Assembly: GCA_963848485.1 (NCBI GenBank)
Contig: CAWKDX010000001.1
Coordinates: 235,145-299,144 of the forward strand
DNA length: 64,000 bases
Reading direction: 5' to 3'
Origin: an uncultured Acidimicrobiia bacterium
Lineage (GTDB): Bacteria > Actinomycetota > Acidimicrobiia > IMCC26256 > JAENVU01
Both the position numbers and the translations under genes were made by a program. How positions within the stretch are numbered: the stretch's first letter is position 1; every line of letters starts with the position of its first letter. The notes beneath the pieces were generated by a model. The model worked only from the letters and a program-made list of their open reading frames with translations. It was not told the origin of the DNA and did no database searches. This document shows, piece by piece, positions 1 through 10,006 of this stretch.

Positions 1-560
1 CGAGCGGCGCGTAGTGCTCGAACGCGGCGGCGATCCGCATCGACCTCGCCCGAGCCGAGGAACACGAGGGCGTCGGGCTCGGGCCCGGCCAGCGGCGGCC
101 ACCCGGGCGGCGCTCTCGGCACTTCCGCGCGGCCGCTGCTGTCGACCGCCAGGTGATCCGGGGGTGCGCCGGACCGCTGCCCGGCGCCGCGCGTTCCCGA
201 CGCGCGATGACCCGGCCGTGGCCGAGGAGGTCGCAGATCGAGGCGGCGAAGAAGCGCGCGGCCCGGCGAGCCCGGCGTCGTCGCCGACCAGCACGATCGT
301 GCCGGGTCGCAGCTGGACGATCAGCTCCTGGTACGCGTGCAGGTCGGTCGGGTACCGCATGACCGGCTCGGCCGAGCCAGGTCGCCTCCCGCCAGGCCTG
401 GTGGTCCCAGAGCGCCTCGATCGCGGCGAGCTTCAGCTCGTCGGGGACCGGGACCGCCGGCGCCGGCCGTCGCGTCGCCCGCCGGGTCGCGGAGCGCGTC
501 GAAGCGCGACGCCCGATCTCGCGGCGCGACCGGGTGCGCCGCGGCGGCTTTGGTGCTCAT
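1..560 (-). CDS. CmcI / cephalosporin-hydroxylase-family methyltransferase-like protein (3' end leaves the window; frame-interrupted)
   Basis: Minus-strand translation stitched over three frames gives LKLAAIEALWDHQAWREATWLGRPVMRYPTDLHAYQELIVQLRPGTIVLVGDD...FFAASICDLLGHGRVIA. This is the WLG / P-x-DL-x-YQE / ASICDLLG-x-G-x-VI pattern I recognise from CmcI-family proteins. Candidate ATG at 560-558. At least two frame changes between about 200 and 480. The 5' boundary with the upstream GT2 is unresolved. Confidence 0.5.
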
Positions 561-1415
561 CGCGCCGACGAAGTGGACGGGCCGGTCGAGGCCGATGAGC
601 GGCCGGCCGCGGAGCTCGCGGAAGTGCGCGCCGTACGAGCGCGACGCGGTCGCGGCGGACGGCTTCGTCGGCCACGTTCGTGGTCGTGCCGCCGTGGAAC
701 TGGTGGAAGGTGCCCTCGCCGAGGATGCTCGCCGCGTTGACGCCCGGCGCCAGCCCGAGTCGCTCGAACAGGTCGAGGTTCGCGTAGCCGCCGCCGGGCA
801 TCGAGAAGCTGTCGTCGTAGCCGCCGAACTGCTCGACGAGCTGGCGGGGCACGAAGAGGCAGTTGCTCTCGACGATGCCGTCGAACCAGTCGCGCTCGCC
901 GATGAAGTGGCCGATCTCGAACAGGCGGTAGCCGTCGGCCGGCCACTTGATCCGGCTGAACAGCCGGTCCTCGACCGCCTGGTCGTACCCCGCCTGCTGC
1001 GCGTCTCCCTGCTGGCCCGGGCCGACGTACCACTGCTGGGTCGCGACGATGGCCGGGCGCGTAGGTCTGCAGCGCCAGTCATCCCGTAGCGCAGCACGCC
1101 GGGGGTGAGCACGTGGGCGCCGTCGATCATCAGCGCGAGCGACTCGCCACGGGCCATCGCGATGCCTGCGTTCAGCGCGACGGTCGGCGACGGCGACGCT
1201 CGCTTCGTCGACTGATCACGAGCCGGAACTCGGGCCGAAGCGCGGCGACGTCGTCCTCGCTGAGCCGCTGGTCCGGGCTCCGAGCCGTTGTCGATGACGA
1301 TCACCTCGTAGTCGAGGTCGTCGATCCCGCGCTGGTACGAGCGCGACAGCGAGTGCAGCGTTCGCGCCGCCTCGCGGCGCATGTTGTGGAAGACGACGAC
1401 GACGCTGAGCGGCAC
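561..1415 (-). CDS. Family-2 (GT-A) glycosyltransferase, paralog of 31195-32234 (frame-interrupted)
   Basis: GTG at 1415. VPLSVVVVFHNMRREAARTLHSLSRSYQRGIDDLDYEVIVIDNGSEP, then ...SPSPTVALNAGIAMARGESLALMIDGAHVLTPG..., and C-terminal ...MPGGGYANLDLFERLG...LGEGTFHQFHGG (ORF 433-852 frame). Collinear by eye with the copy at 31195-32234. A compensating pair of frame changes lies near 1280 and 1210, with more further on. No in-frame stop is visible, so the 3' end is a guess. Confidence 0.6.
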
Positions 1416-1439
1416 CGACGCCGCCGGCGCGGCGCGGCG

Positions 1440-3151
1440 CAATCGCCGGGCGAGGCGAGGGATCCCGGGTGCGTGAAGTCCAACGCCGCAGTCCCGAGCG
1501 CCGCGGGCTCGGCGGCATCGAGCGGGACGCGCCAGGTCCACGAGTTCGCGTCGATCCGCTCGACCGGCGCCGTCAACCCGAGTCGGTCCCGGCCTCGGTG
1601 ACCGAGCCCGCTCGACGACGGGATCGGCGGTGCCGGCGACGATGACCACTGCGCCGGGGGAGAGGCGCGGATGGACGCGCTCGAGCATCGCGCCGAGCAG
1701 TCGCCCGAGGCTCCTCGCCGAGGCGGACGAGCGCGAGCCGCTCGATCGGAGCGTCGGCGAGCGTCGCGGCCGGCGCGCCCTGCAGGAACCGAACGCGGTC
1801 GTCGAGCAGACCGAACCGGGCGAAGCCGTCGCGGACCTGGTTGAGATCGCTGCGGAAGCGTTCGACGATGGCCCGGGCGTCTCCGGCGGGTTCATCCGCC
1901 GGTGGACTCGTCTGCCGTGGCCAGGAACGAGTCCGCGACCCACACGGTGCGGTCGGTCATCTCGTGGGCCGCGAGGAACGCGCGCAGGAACACCGCGCCG
2001 CCGCCCCGTCCGGTGCCGATCTCCGCGAGGTCCCCCGGTATCTCCTCGGTCCTGATCGTCAGCAGGGCCGCCTCGAGCTGGTCGAGCTGGGCGCGGCCCA
2101 TCTCGGTGTAGGGGAAGTAGGCGGGGGTGCGGCCCTCGTCGCACGCTGAACCCGGCGGTCCGCATCTGCGTGAGTCGCGCTGGAAGCGGACCGGGAGGAA
2201 CCGGGCCGGATCCCGAAGCGCGTCCGGGTCGACCGCATCGCGGTCCACGAGGGTGAGCAGGTATTCGAGGCGGACCTCGTTGTCGAGGTAGTGCTCGTCG
2301 AGCAGCGCGGCCTTGGCCAGCTCGAGGTAGCGCTGCGCCGATCGCTCGATCTCGCCGTGCAGGTTGCGGATCCAGGCCTGGTTGAAGATCGCCTCGTCGA
2401 TCCGGATGCGCTCGGCCAGACGTACGAGCGCCTCCTGGCCGACCAGGCTGTCGAACCGGTCGAAGAGCGCGGCGAGCTCCGGAGCGGCATCCAGGCGAGC
2501 CTGCTTCGGCAACGATGGCGAGGCCGTAGTACGACGGGCAGGACGACTCGCCGCAGTGGCCGGTCGTGCTCGGCCATGAAGTCGTCGAGCGCGGTCATCA
2601 CGCCGTTGCGTTCGCCCCCTTCCTGCTCGGCGTTGTCGAGGGTCAGGTTCATCCCGCCGTTGGGGAACAGCCGGGAGGTGCCCGGGCGCATGCCGGCCTT
2701 GCGGTAGGGCTGGCGGAACTCCGCGCGGGATGCGCGACGGCTCGTAGTACAGGTCCCGACGGCCGTAGGGCCAGCCGACGTCGTGCAGGACCAGCACCGG
2801 CAGCGCCGCTGCCGGCCTGGCGGGCGGTGTCGGCCAGGATCTTCAGCTCGTGGTACACGGTGAACCAGTTGTGGTCGCCGTCGACGAGCGCGACGTCGCG
2901 TCGGCGGAAGCTGGGGGAGCACGTCGTGGCTGATGCCGAGGTGGAAGACGTACTGCCCGGGGAACGCCCGCTCGTGCTCGTCCGGGTCGAACTGCGGGAG
3001 CGGGTCGATGACGTGGAGCTCGCAGTCGGGGCCGAGCCGCTTGCAGCATGCGGACCGTCGTCTCGCCCCGGAGTGCGCCGATCTCGACGACGCGGCGCGC
3101 CCTGACCGCCTCGATGACGGGTGCGATGACCTCGTCCCAGAACGGAAACAT
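1440..3151 (-). CDS. Two-domain SAM-dependent methyltransferase: class I MT N-terminal domain, coiled-coil linker, TylF/MycF-type O-methyltransferase C-terminal domain (frame-interrupted)
   Basis: ATG at 3151: MFPFWDEVIAPVIEAVRARRVVEIGALRGETT...DVALVDGDHNWFTVYHELKIL...LVLHDVGWPYGRRDLYYEPSRIP. Linker: ...LVGQEALVRLAERIRIDEAIFNQAWIRNLHGEIERSAQRYLELAKAALLDEHYLDNEVRLEYL. TylF-like part: YFPYTEMGRAQLDQLEAALL...IPGDLAEIGTGRGGGAVFLRAFLAAHEMTDRTVWVADSF...LERVHPRLSPGAVVIV...PVERIDANSWTWRV. Pieces are spread over ORFs 2843-3151, 2059-2922, 2649-3221, 1892-2797, 321-2165 and 1301-1576, requiring at least 5 frame changes. No stop is visible before the GT2 start. Confidence 0.6.
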
Positions 3152-3213
3152 CGCTCAGCCCTTGGTGATCACGAAACCGACGGTTCGGCCGAGGGACCAC
3201 GCACGGTCTCTCC

Positions 3214-3229
3214 TCCGCCACGTGGCGGA
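3214..3229. promoter_or_regulatory. Perfect 16-bp palindrome TCCGCCACGTGGCGGA in a divergent intergenic region (candidate operator)
   Basis: Read directly at 3214-3229. It lies between the minus-strand methyltransferase start (3151) and the plus-strand dioxygenase start (3338). Confidence 0.35.
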
Positions 3230-3337
3230 CTCGGACTCTTTATCACAACGGCCCGGGTTGCTCCCGTAGCCGACCGGCGACTCGGCGCGGCGAGACTGAC
3301 GGCGCGCAGGTGGCCTGCTCATGACGGCGGCCCGGGG

Positions 3338-4396
3338 ATGAAGAAGGTTCCGATGGCGAATCCAGACCTCCAGGCGGGCCGGGAGGGGTCGGATTGGCTC
3401 GCGGAGGCGGCCTTGCTCGCGGCTTCGGGACGAGGTCAGGAGGGCATCCGTCTCCTCAGCGCCGCGAACCGCGCGCGCTCGGATCCCAGGATCGAGGAGC
3501 GGCTCGTGGGGCTCCGCCACGAGACCTTCGCAACGCTGGATCGTCGAGCGCCCGATTGCCCCCCGTCCCCCATCACCGCGCGGCCGGGCGCCTCCGCCAC
3601 GCTCCCGGAGCTCGCTCCCCACGAGCTGACCCCCACGACACTGCGCGATGGTCTGGCTCGCCATGGCTGCGTCTTGGTCCGCGGGCTCGTGCCGCCCGGT
3701 CGGAGCACCCGCCTGGCCGAAGGGATCGACCGCGCGCTCGACGCCTTCGACCAAGGAGCGCAGGGAGCTCCGGCCTCGACGACCGCCCCCTGGTACGTGC
3801 CCTTTGTCCCGACGACGGGCGACTACAGGGTGGGCGGCAGGCGCAATTGGGTTCGGGCGAGCGGCGGAGTCTGGACCGTGGACTCGCCCCGGATGTTGTT
3901 CGAGATCCTCGAGTTGCTCGACGAGACGGGGATCGGCGATCTGGTCACCGCGCACCTGGGCGAGCGCCCGGCCCTCTCGGCGAACAAGTGCACGTTGCGC
4001 AGGGTCCCCCTGACGTCGAACACGGAGTGGCACCAGGATGGAGCCTTCCTGGGCGCGAGCGTGCGTACCGTCAACCTCTGGTTGGCGCTCTCGGATTGTG
4101 GTGTCGACGCGCCCGGCCTGGACCTGCTCCCGCGGCGGCTCGATCACGTGGTGGAGACCGGCACCGAGGGGGCGATCTTCGACTGGTCGGTCGCGCCTGA
4201 CCGGGTCGACGCCCTGGCGGGGGATGCACCGGTCGTACGTCCCCGGTTCTTCGCGGGCGACGCCCTCCTCTTCGACCACCTCCTCCTCCACCGGACTGCG
4301 GTCGATGCCGGGATGACTCGGGAGCGACATGCCATCGAGACCTGGCTCTTCGCGCCCTCCGTCTACCCGGAGGGCCAGATCCCCATCGTGTACTGA
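3338..4396 (+). CDS. PhyH-like Fe(II)/2-oxoglutarate dioxygenase with about 70-aa N-terminal extension
   Basis: Uninterrupted frame within ORF 2933-4396; ATG at 3338 (MKKVPMANPD...). LTPTTLRDGLARHGCVLVRGLV start typical of the PhyH family. HxD motif in TEWHQDGAF and a distal His in LLLHRT. Confidence 0.7.
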   Translation: MKKVPMANPDLQAGREGSDWLAEAALLAASGRGQEGIRLLSAANRARSDPRIEERLVGLRHETFATLDRRAPDCPPSPITARPGASATLPELAPHELTPTTLRDGLARHGCVLVRGLVPPGRSTRLAEGIDRALDAFDQGAQGAPASTTAPWYVPFVPTTGDYRVGGRRNWVRASGGVWTVDSPRMLFEILELLDETGIGDLVTAHLGERPALSANKCTLRRVPLTSNTEWHQDGAFLGASVRTVNLWLALSDCGVDAPGLDLLPRRLDHVVETGTEGAIFDWSVAPDRVDALAGDAPVVRPRFFAGDALLFDHLLLHRTAVDAGMTRERHAIETWLFAPSVYPEGQIPIVY

Positions 4397-4456
4397 GGGG
4401 ACAGGCGTTCCGATTGCCGTACGATCAGATGAGGCGGGGCGGGCACGATCGGCACC

Positions 4457-5533
4457 GTGACGAGCAGAGGAGGGGCATTGATCGGCTTCACCGACTCGAC
4501 GGATCTGCTCGATGATCCCGAGGCACTGCGCCGGCGCTTCAGCGACGACGGCTATGTGCTCCTCCGCGGGGTGGTGGATCCGGAGCTGCTCTTGGAGGCA
4601 CGGCGCGCAATCAGCGGGATCTGCGAAGCGCACGGATGGTTCCAGCCTGGCACCGACCCGATGGATGCCATCTGCCGCGTCGAGCCGCGCGTGGAGGGCG
4701 AGCGGCTCTTCTTCGAGGTGTACGACGAGATCCAGAAGCTCGAGGCACTCCATGCGGTGCCCCACGATCCAGCAGTGGCCAGGCCCATGATCGCGCTGCT
4801 GGATGAAACCGCGTTTCCCCACCCGCTCTCGATCGCGCGACTGTCGTTCCCGGACAACGAGGAATGGTCGACCCCGCCGCACCAGGACTTTCCCAACAAC
4901 CAAGGTACCGAGGAGCTCTACGCGTGTTGGATGCCGCTCGGCGACTGTCCGGTCGCGCTCGGGGGTCTCAGCGTCCTTCGCGGCTCTCACCGGCTGGGCA
5001 TCGCGCCGCTCGAGGCGGCGCTGGGGCCGGGTCACCGTCAAGCCAAGCTCGATGATCGGCACGCGCAGCTCGAATGGGTCGGAGGGGACTTCCGTCTCGG
5101 CGACGCGATCATCTTCCACAGCCTGACCGTGCATCGATCCCTCCCGAACTCCACTGATCGATTGCGGCTGTCGGTGGACTACCGGTTCCAGCGGGAGGGC
5201 GACGCGCTCACCGAGGGATGTCTGCAGCCCCATTTCGGCCGAGTCTCCTGGGCCGAGGCGTACGAAGGCTGGCGGCGCGACGACCTCAAGTACTACTGGG
5301 AGAACAAGCGCTATGAGATCGTTGCGTGGGACGGCGAGGGCTTCGCCGTTCCCGACGACGAGTACGAGGCCCACATGCGTGCATGGCTCAAGTGGCGCGG
5401 TCGCCATCCACCGGTCGACGGCACCCCGGTCTCGGGGCAGGACGTGGCGCTGCGTTGGCGGAACGAAGGGAGGGTCGAAGCGGTCAACGATGTCGACCGC
5501 CGCCCGACGACCGCCGCGGGGAGCGAGGGCTGA
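4457..5533 (+). CDS. Phytanoyl-CoA dioxygenase (PhyH) family Fe(II)/2OG oxygenase
   Basis: Intact 358-aa ORF with GTG start. RRRFSDDGYVLLRGVV, HxD in PPHQDFP, distal IFHSLTVHRS and RLSVDYRF (2OG-binding Arg pattern). Confidence 0.75.
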   Translation: MTSRGGALIGFTDSTDLLDDPEALRRRFSDDGYVLLRGVVDPELLLEARRAISGICEAHGWFQPGTDPMDAICRVEPRVEGERLFFEVYDEIQKLEALHAVPHDPAVARPMIALLDETAFPHPLSIARLSFPDNEEWSTPPHQDFPNNQGTEELYACWMPLGDCPVALGGLSVLRGSHRLGIAPLEAALGPGHRQAKLDDRHAQLEWVGGDFRLGDAIIFHSLTVHRSLPNSTDRLRLSVDYRFQREGDALTEGCLQPHFGRVSWAEAYEGWRRDDLKYYWENKRYEIVAWDGEGFAVPDDEYEAHMRAWLKWRGRHPPVDGTPVSGQDVALRWRNEGRVEAVNDVDRRPTTAAGSEG

Positions 5534-5622
5534 CCGGCCGAACGCTCGGGGCACGCCGAGGACTGAGCCCGGACGCCCTCGAGCCCTGAACCGGTCACCG
5601 TGGGCGGTGGCATACTCCTGAA

Positions 5623-7547
5623 ATGGTGGCCCGTCCAGGACCTGGAGAGCAGCCGGGTCGCGATGTCGAGCGGGAGCTCGAAGCGGAGCGGGCGGCCGTC
5701 GACCATTGGCGGAGCATCGCCGAGCGCCGGTCCGCCGAGTACGCGACCCTGCGGAACCGTCCCTTGGTTCGGGCGCTGCTCGGGCTCGAACGGCGCCTCC
5801 GGCCCGCCCGCGTCCGGGCCTCGAAGGCCTCCCGGGAGCTGCGGAGCTCTCTTGATCGGGGGGTGCTCAGCGTCAGCGCCCTGACGCGCTTCGGCTCGGA
5901 CCGCTCCCAGACGCGGATTTCGGAGACGATGGATTCGGCGGCGGCCGGCGACGACCGCCGCATCACGGTGGTGGTCTTGGGCGACCAAGAACGGCCGCTC
6001 CCTCCCGAGTCGCTTGGTGATGCGGTCCAGGTGGTGCGCGTCAGCCAGCCCGACGGCGCGGTGCGGGCCATCCGGAGCGCGGTCGAGGAGACGGACCCGG
6101 ACCTCGTCGTCCTGGTTCTGGGCGCGAGCGAGCCACTGGGCGACACGTGGCTCTCGGGGCTCGGCGCGGCCGTGGGCGACGGCGTCGTTGCCGCAACACC
6201 CCTGCTGGTGCACCCGTGGCGGCAGCGTCGCTCGGCCACGCCCCACGACGGACGCATCCGAGCCGCGGGCCTGTCGATCGAGCCCGACGCGTGCGGTGTC
6301 CCGATCGTCCGAGGTGTCTTCGCCGGCGCCCGACTCGAGCCCGACGGTGCGCCCCGCGAGGTCGAAGCGGCAAGCGCCTGCCTCGTCATCGACCGAGCTG
6401 CCTACGACCGGGTCGGCGGTCTCACGATCATCGACGATTTCGACGTTGCGATCGTCGAACTCTGCGCGCGCCTCAGGGCCTCGGGTGGCCGCATCGTCGT
6501 TGTCCCGAGCGTCGTCGTCGCCGACCATCGACCGGTGCGATCCCGCCAAGAGCTTCGCGGCCCGATCGACCTGACGAGCCCGGCCTGGAGGGCGGCGGTC
6601 GAGCGGTGCGGAAGCAGTCTGTTCCGACCGGCGGAGTTGGAGGCGGCTTTACGCCTGGTGCTGACCGTCGCCGCGCCGTCGCCGAAAGTCGCGGCGCGTT
6701 GGGGCGACTGGCACCTCGCCGAAGGCCTTGCTCGCAGCCTGCGACGGGCCGGGGCGCAGGTGCGGGTTCAAACGGCGCGGGATGCCGATGGCCTGGCCGG
6801 TCGGGTGTGCGACGTCCACGTCGTGCTCAGAGGTCTCCAACCGGTCCGCCGTACCGTCGGCCAGCGCCACGTCCTCTGGATCATCAGCCACCCGGAGTCG
6901 ATTGAAGATCAGGAGCTGGACGCCGCGGACCTCGTGCTGGTGGCGTCGGCTCCGTTCGCCGAGCATCTTCGGACCCGGACCGGGACTCCTGTCGATGTGC
7001 TCCTGCAGGGCACGGACCACCTCCGGTTCCGACCTCGCGTCCCGGATCCGGCGCACCGGCACCCGGTCACCGTGGTCGCCAAGACGCGCGACGTTCTGCG
7101 CCCCGCCGTCCTCGACGCGCTCCAAGTGGGGATCCGACCCAGCATCTACGGCGCGGGTGGCGCGATCTCGTCGACCCTGATCTCGTCGTGGCCGACTCCG
7201 TGGACAACGAGATGCTTCCTGTCGTCTATTCATCGGCGGGACTGGTGCTCAACGACCATTGGGCCACCATGCGAACCTGGGGTTTCGCGTCGAACCGTCT
7301 CTACGATGTGCTGGCGACGGGGACCCCGGTCATCTCGGACCCGGTGGCGGGTATGCGCGAGCTGTTCGACGGCGCGGTGCTGGAGTACCACGATCCCGAG
7401 GAGCTCAGGCGCCTCGTGGACGAAGTGCTCGCCGAACCGGATCGCGCCCGGCGACGCGCCGCGGATGGTCGAGCGGTGGTGCTCGCGCGGCATACCTTTG
7501 ATCACCGCGCCGCGGAGCTCCTCGCGGCGCTCGATCGCCACCCGTGA
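5623..7547 (+). CDS. Glycosyltransferase: coiled-coil N-terminus, GT-A-like middle, CgeB-like (GT-B half) C-terminal domain (one frame change)
   Basis: ORF 5623-7590 reads well up to ...GIRPSIYGAG. It continues in the ORF 7188-7547 frame: WRDLVDPDLVVADSVDNEMLPVVYSSAGLVLNDHWATMRTWGFASNRLYDVLATGTPVISD...ARHTFDHRAAELL. Frame change near 7157. Confidence 0.6.
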
Positions 7548-7578
7548 CTGCGTACGACGTGGCTCACATCGCTACGGT

Positions 7579-8330
7579 CAGGGGAGGTAGCCGCTCCGGG
7601 TGAGGATCTCTCGAGCGGGTGCAGACGCAAGAAATGCCGCGAATTGTGTGGCGTCACGGCTCTTCGACCCGACGACGTAGTTGACACTGACGACCACGTT
7701 CCGCGCTCGACGGGATCACGATGAGCTTGACCGTGCTGGGCACTTTGACGCCGGCGCGGAACGCCAAGGCGGCGTCGAGCTTGCCCGATGAGAGATCCTG
7801 CATTGCTTGGGCCGGGCAGTTCGCGCTCGTCGAGACGGTGCTCGCCTTCGGAGTCACCCCGGCCTTCTGCAGCACCAGAAGACTGAAGTCGCCGACGGGC
7901 GTCTTGGCTCCGCACACGGTCGTGCGGAGCTTGCTGCTCGTTCGCGAATGCGGCCGTCCCGGTGACCTTGGCCGGGTTCGCTGCCGGGACGGCGACCACC
8001 GCGAGATTCCGGCCCAGGGAACCGCCCACCGGCTCCTTGGCCTTGTCCACCCAGGTACCGGGAACGACGGCGATCTTCGCCGCGCCCGTCAGCGACAGCC
8101 TTGGTGGTGTTCGCTTGGTCCGCTTCGGCGGTGACCGTGACCTTGGCGCCGGCATGGGTCTTGCGGTAGGCGGCGACGAGATCGTCCACGAGAGGCTTGA
8201 ACGCGGGGTTCGTGTAGACGGACATGCCGCCGTCCGCGGCCTGACCGGACCCGCCGCTGCTCCCGCCCCCTCCGCAGGCCCCCAGAGCCAGAGCTGCTGC
8301 CAGGCTGGCCGCGAGCATCCTCGTTCTCAT
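7579..8330 (-). CDS. ModA-family periplasmic oxyanion (molybdate/tungstate-type) binding lipoprotein (frame-interrupted)
   Basis: ATG at 8330 preceded by GAGGAGG. Lipobox in MRTRMLAASLAAALALGACGG. Then FKPLVDDLVAAYRKTHAGAKVTVT, NLAVVAVPAANPAKV, CGAKTPVGDFSLLVLQKAGV, SSGKLDAALAF, and C-terminal ATQFAAFLASAPAREILTRSGYLP*. At least 2 frame changes (ORFs 7854-8393, 7502-8155, 7654-7917). No modB or modC adjacent. Confidence 0.6.
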
Positions 8331-8526
8331 CCGCGCCTCCTCAAAGCTCGGCATCGTAGCGGTGCGTGTCGCGGCGTGGCGGTCGGGCCGCACGGGGCCG
8401 CGAGCGCCTCATCACCGACCCCGATCGTCGGCTCCGTTGTCGTACGGCGTACGGTGCGTCGCCTTCGTGGACCTGCACACGCGGGTCCCCCCCGGGGCTC
8501 ATCGCCGGGCGCGATGGGCGGGTCCG

Positions 8527-9951
8527 TCACGCGGAGTCGTCTCCCGCGGGCGGGTCGCCGAGCGTCAGGGGGATCCGCTCGAGCACCGCCTCGGCCCAGC
8601 GGTCGAAGTAGCTCAGGCTGCGCATGCGGTAGAGATGGACGATGTCACCGTGGACGATCCCTGGTGCAAGCAGGTCCGGGGACGACAGCGTGAGGTAGAG
8701 CAGCTCGACGCCCGTCGCCGGCTCCGTCAGCTGCTCGGGGTCGGACCAGGACACCCCGTCCGTGCTGGTGCGGATCAGGTACGTCCACTCACCAACGAAG
8801 CCGTCCGACTGGACCATCACGTACATGTCGTGGTCGACCATGGAGACGACGTCGAACCAGCGCGCGTCGGGGCCGTCGGCCATGAGGTCCGTCGAGGCGC
8901 CGCCGAGGCCGGGCTCCGTCCAGCCACCGCGAAGGTACTTGTGGAAGACCGGCGCCACCCCGGCGGCCGCCGCATCGACGACCTCCGCGAGTGGTGCTCG
9001 AGCGACCGACACGTTCAGTGAGGTCGCGTCGGCCAGGGTTTCCCGGAAGTAGACGTACAGGTACTCCACGCCTTGATCGGATCGCACGATGTAGGGGGCA
9101 CCGCCAACCTCCGTGAAGAGGGGCCGGAAGCGGGCGTCGGGGCGGATCTGCGGTTCGATGATCCGCCCGTGGCTCGACCAGCTCCGACCCTCGTCGTCCG
9201 AGCTCGCCAACCCGATGAAGGACCAGAAGCGATCGGGAGACTCCGGCGGGATGAGCTCGCCGTGGTACAGCATGAGCAGCAGGTCGTGGCGCTCGTCGTG
9301 GTACACGGATCCACCGGCGGCGTAGTCCGCGGTCTCGCCGCGGATCGAGATGCTGGAACCGGTCACCTCTTGGATGAACCGGTCTGGTCCGATCTCCCAC
9401 CGGGCCGTGCCCGCGGCCCGGGTGCCGTTGTCCCCGTTCGCGGCGAAACCGTAGACGGACCCACGCAGCGCAGCGATGCCGATGCACCCGTCGGCCCAGA
9501 CGTCGAGCCCGAGCGACCTTCGCTCAGCGTCGGTCACCAAGAGCTCGGCGGCGCCGACGGTCCAGCCGGTCGTCGTCGCGACGCGACAAAAGGGTGGCAG
9601 CGTCCAGGCGGACGCGAAAGGAGCGGTCTCTTCGCCGTCCTCGAAGATCACGGAGACGCCGAGCACGAACCAGCTCGACATCGAGCTCCTGACCTTCGAC
9701 CACGGGAAGTCGATCCACGGATCCGTGGTGGTGCGGAACCAGATGGGGTACGCGCCCGCCCAGACGACGGGTCGGTAGCCCGAGATGTTCGCGCGGGGCC
9801 GGTGCAGCTCCTGCTCGTCGATGGTCCACGAGACGCGCACCGATTCGACCGGCGTGTCCGACGACACACTGATCACCAATCCGGCGGTCCGGCATCCGGG
9901 GGGGATCCGCGTCGCGGGCTTCGGCGGCTCGGCGATGGCGAACGGTATCAC
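8527..9951 (-). CDS. Hypothetical BNR/Asp-box beta-propeller-like protein (glycoside-hydrolase/sialidase-like fold suspected)
   Basis: Intact 474-aa ORF with GTG start. Two Asp-box-like motifs: SSDDEGRSWS and STDGVSWS. No obvious signal peptide. Confidence 0.5.
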   Translation of the reverse strand: MIPFAIAEPPKPATRIPPGCRTAGLVISVSSDTPVESVRVSWTIDEQELHRPRANISGYRPVVWAGAYPIWFRTTTDPWIDFPWSKVRSSMSSWFVLGVSVIFEDGEETAPFASAWTLPPFCRVATTTGWTVGAAELLVTDAERRSLGLDVWADGCIGIAALRGSVYGFAANGDNGTRAAGTARWEIGPDRFIQEVTGSSISIRGETADYAAGGSVYHDERHDLLLMLYHGELIPPESPDRFWSFIGLASSDDEGRSWSSHGRIIEPQIRPDARFRPLFTEVGGAPYIVRSDQGVEYLYVYFRETLADATSLNVSVARAPLAEVVDAAAAGVAPVFHKYLRGGWTEPGLGGASTDLMADGPDARWFDVVSMVDHDMYVMVQSDGFVGEWTYLIRTSTDGVSWSDPEQLTEPATGVELLYLTLSSPDLLAPGIVHGDIVHLYRMRSLSYFDRWAEAVLERIPLTLGDPPAGDDSA

Positions 9952-10006
9952 CGGCGACCCTGGGCACCAGCCGAGCGGGCGGCGGTGGGACCAGGATCAG
10001 GGCCGG

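Noticed and set aside
3155-5554. 799-aa minus-strand ORF
   Set aside because: It is antisense to two intact, motif-bearing PhyH dioxygenase genes. The translation is low-complexity R/P/G/A-rich with no recognisable motifs.
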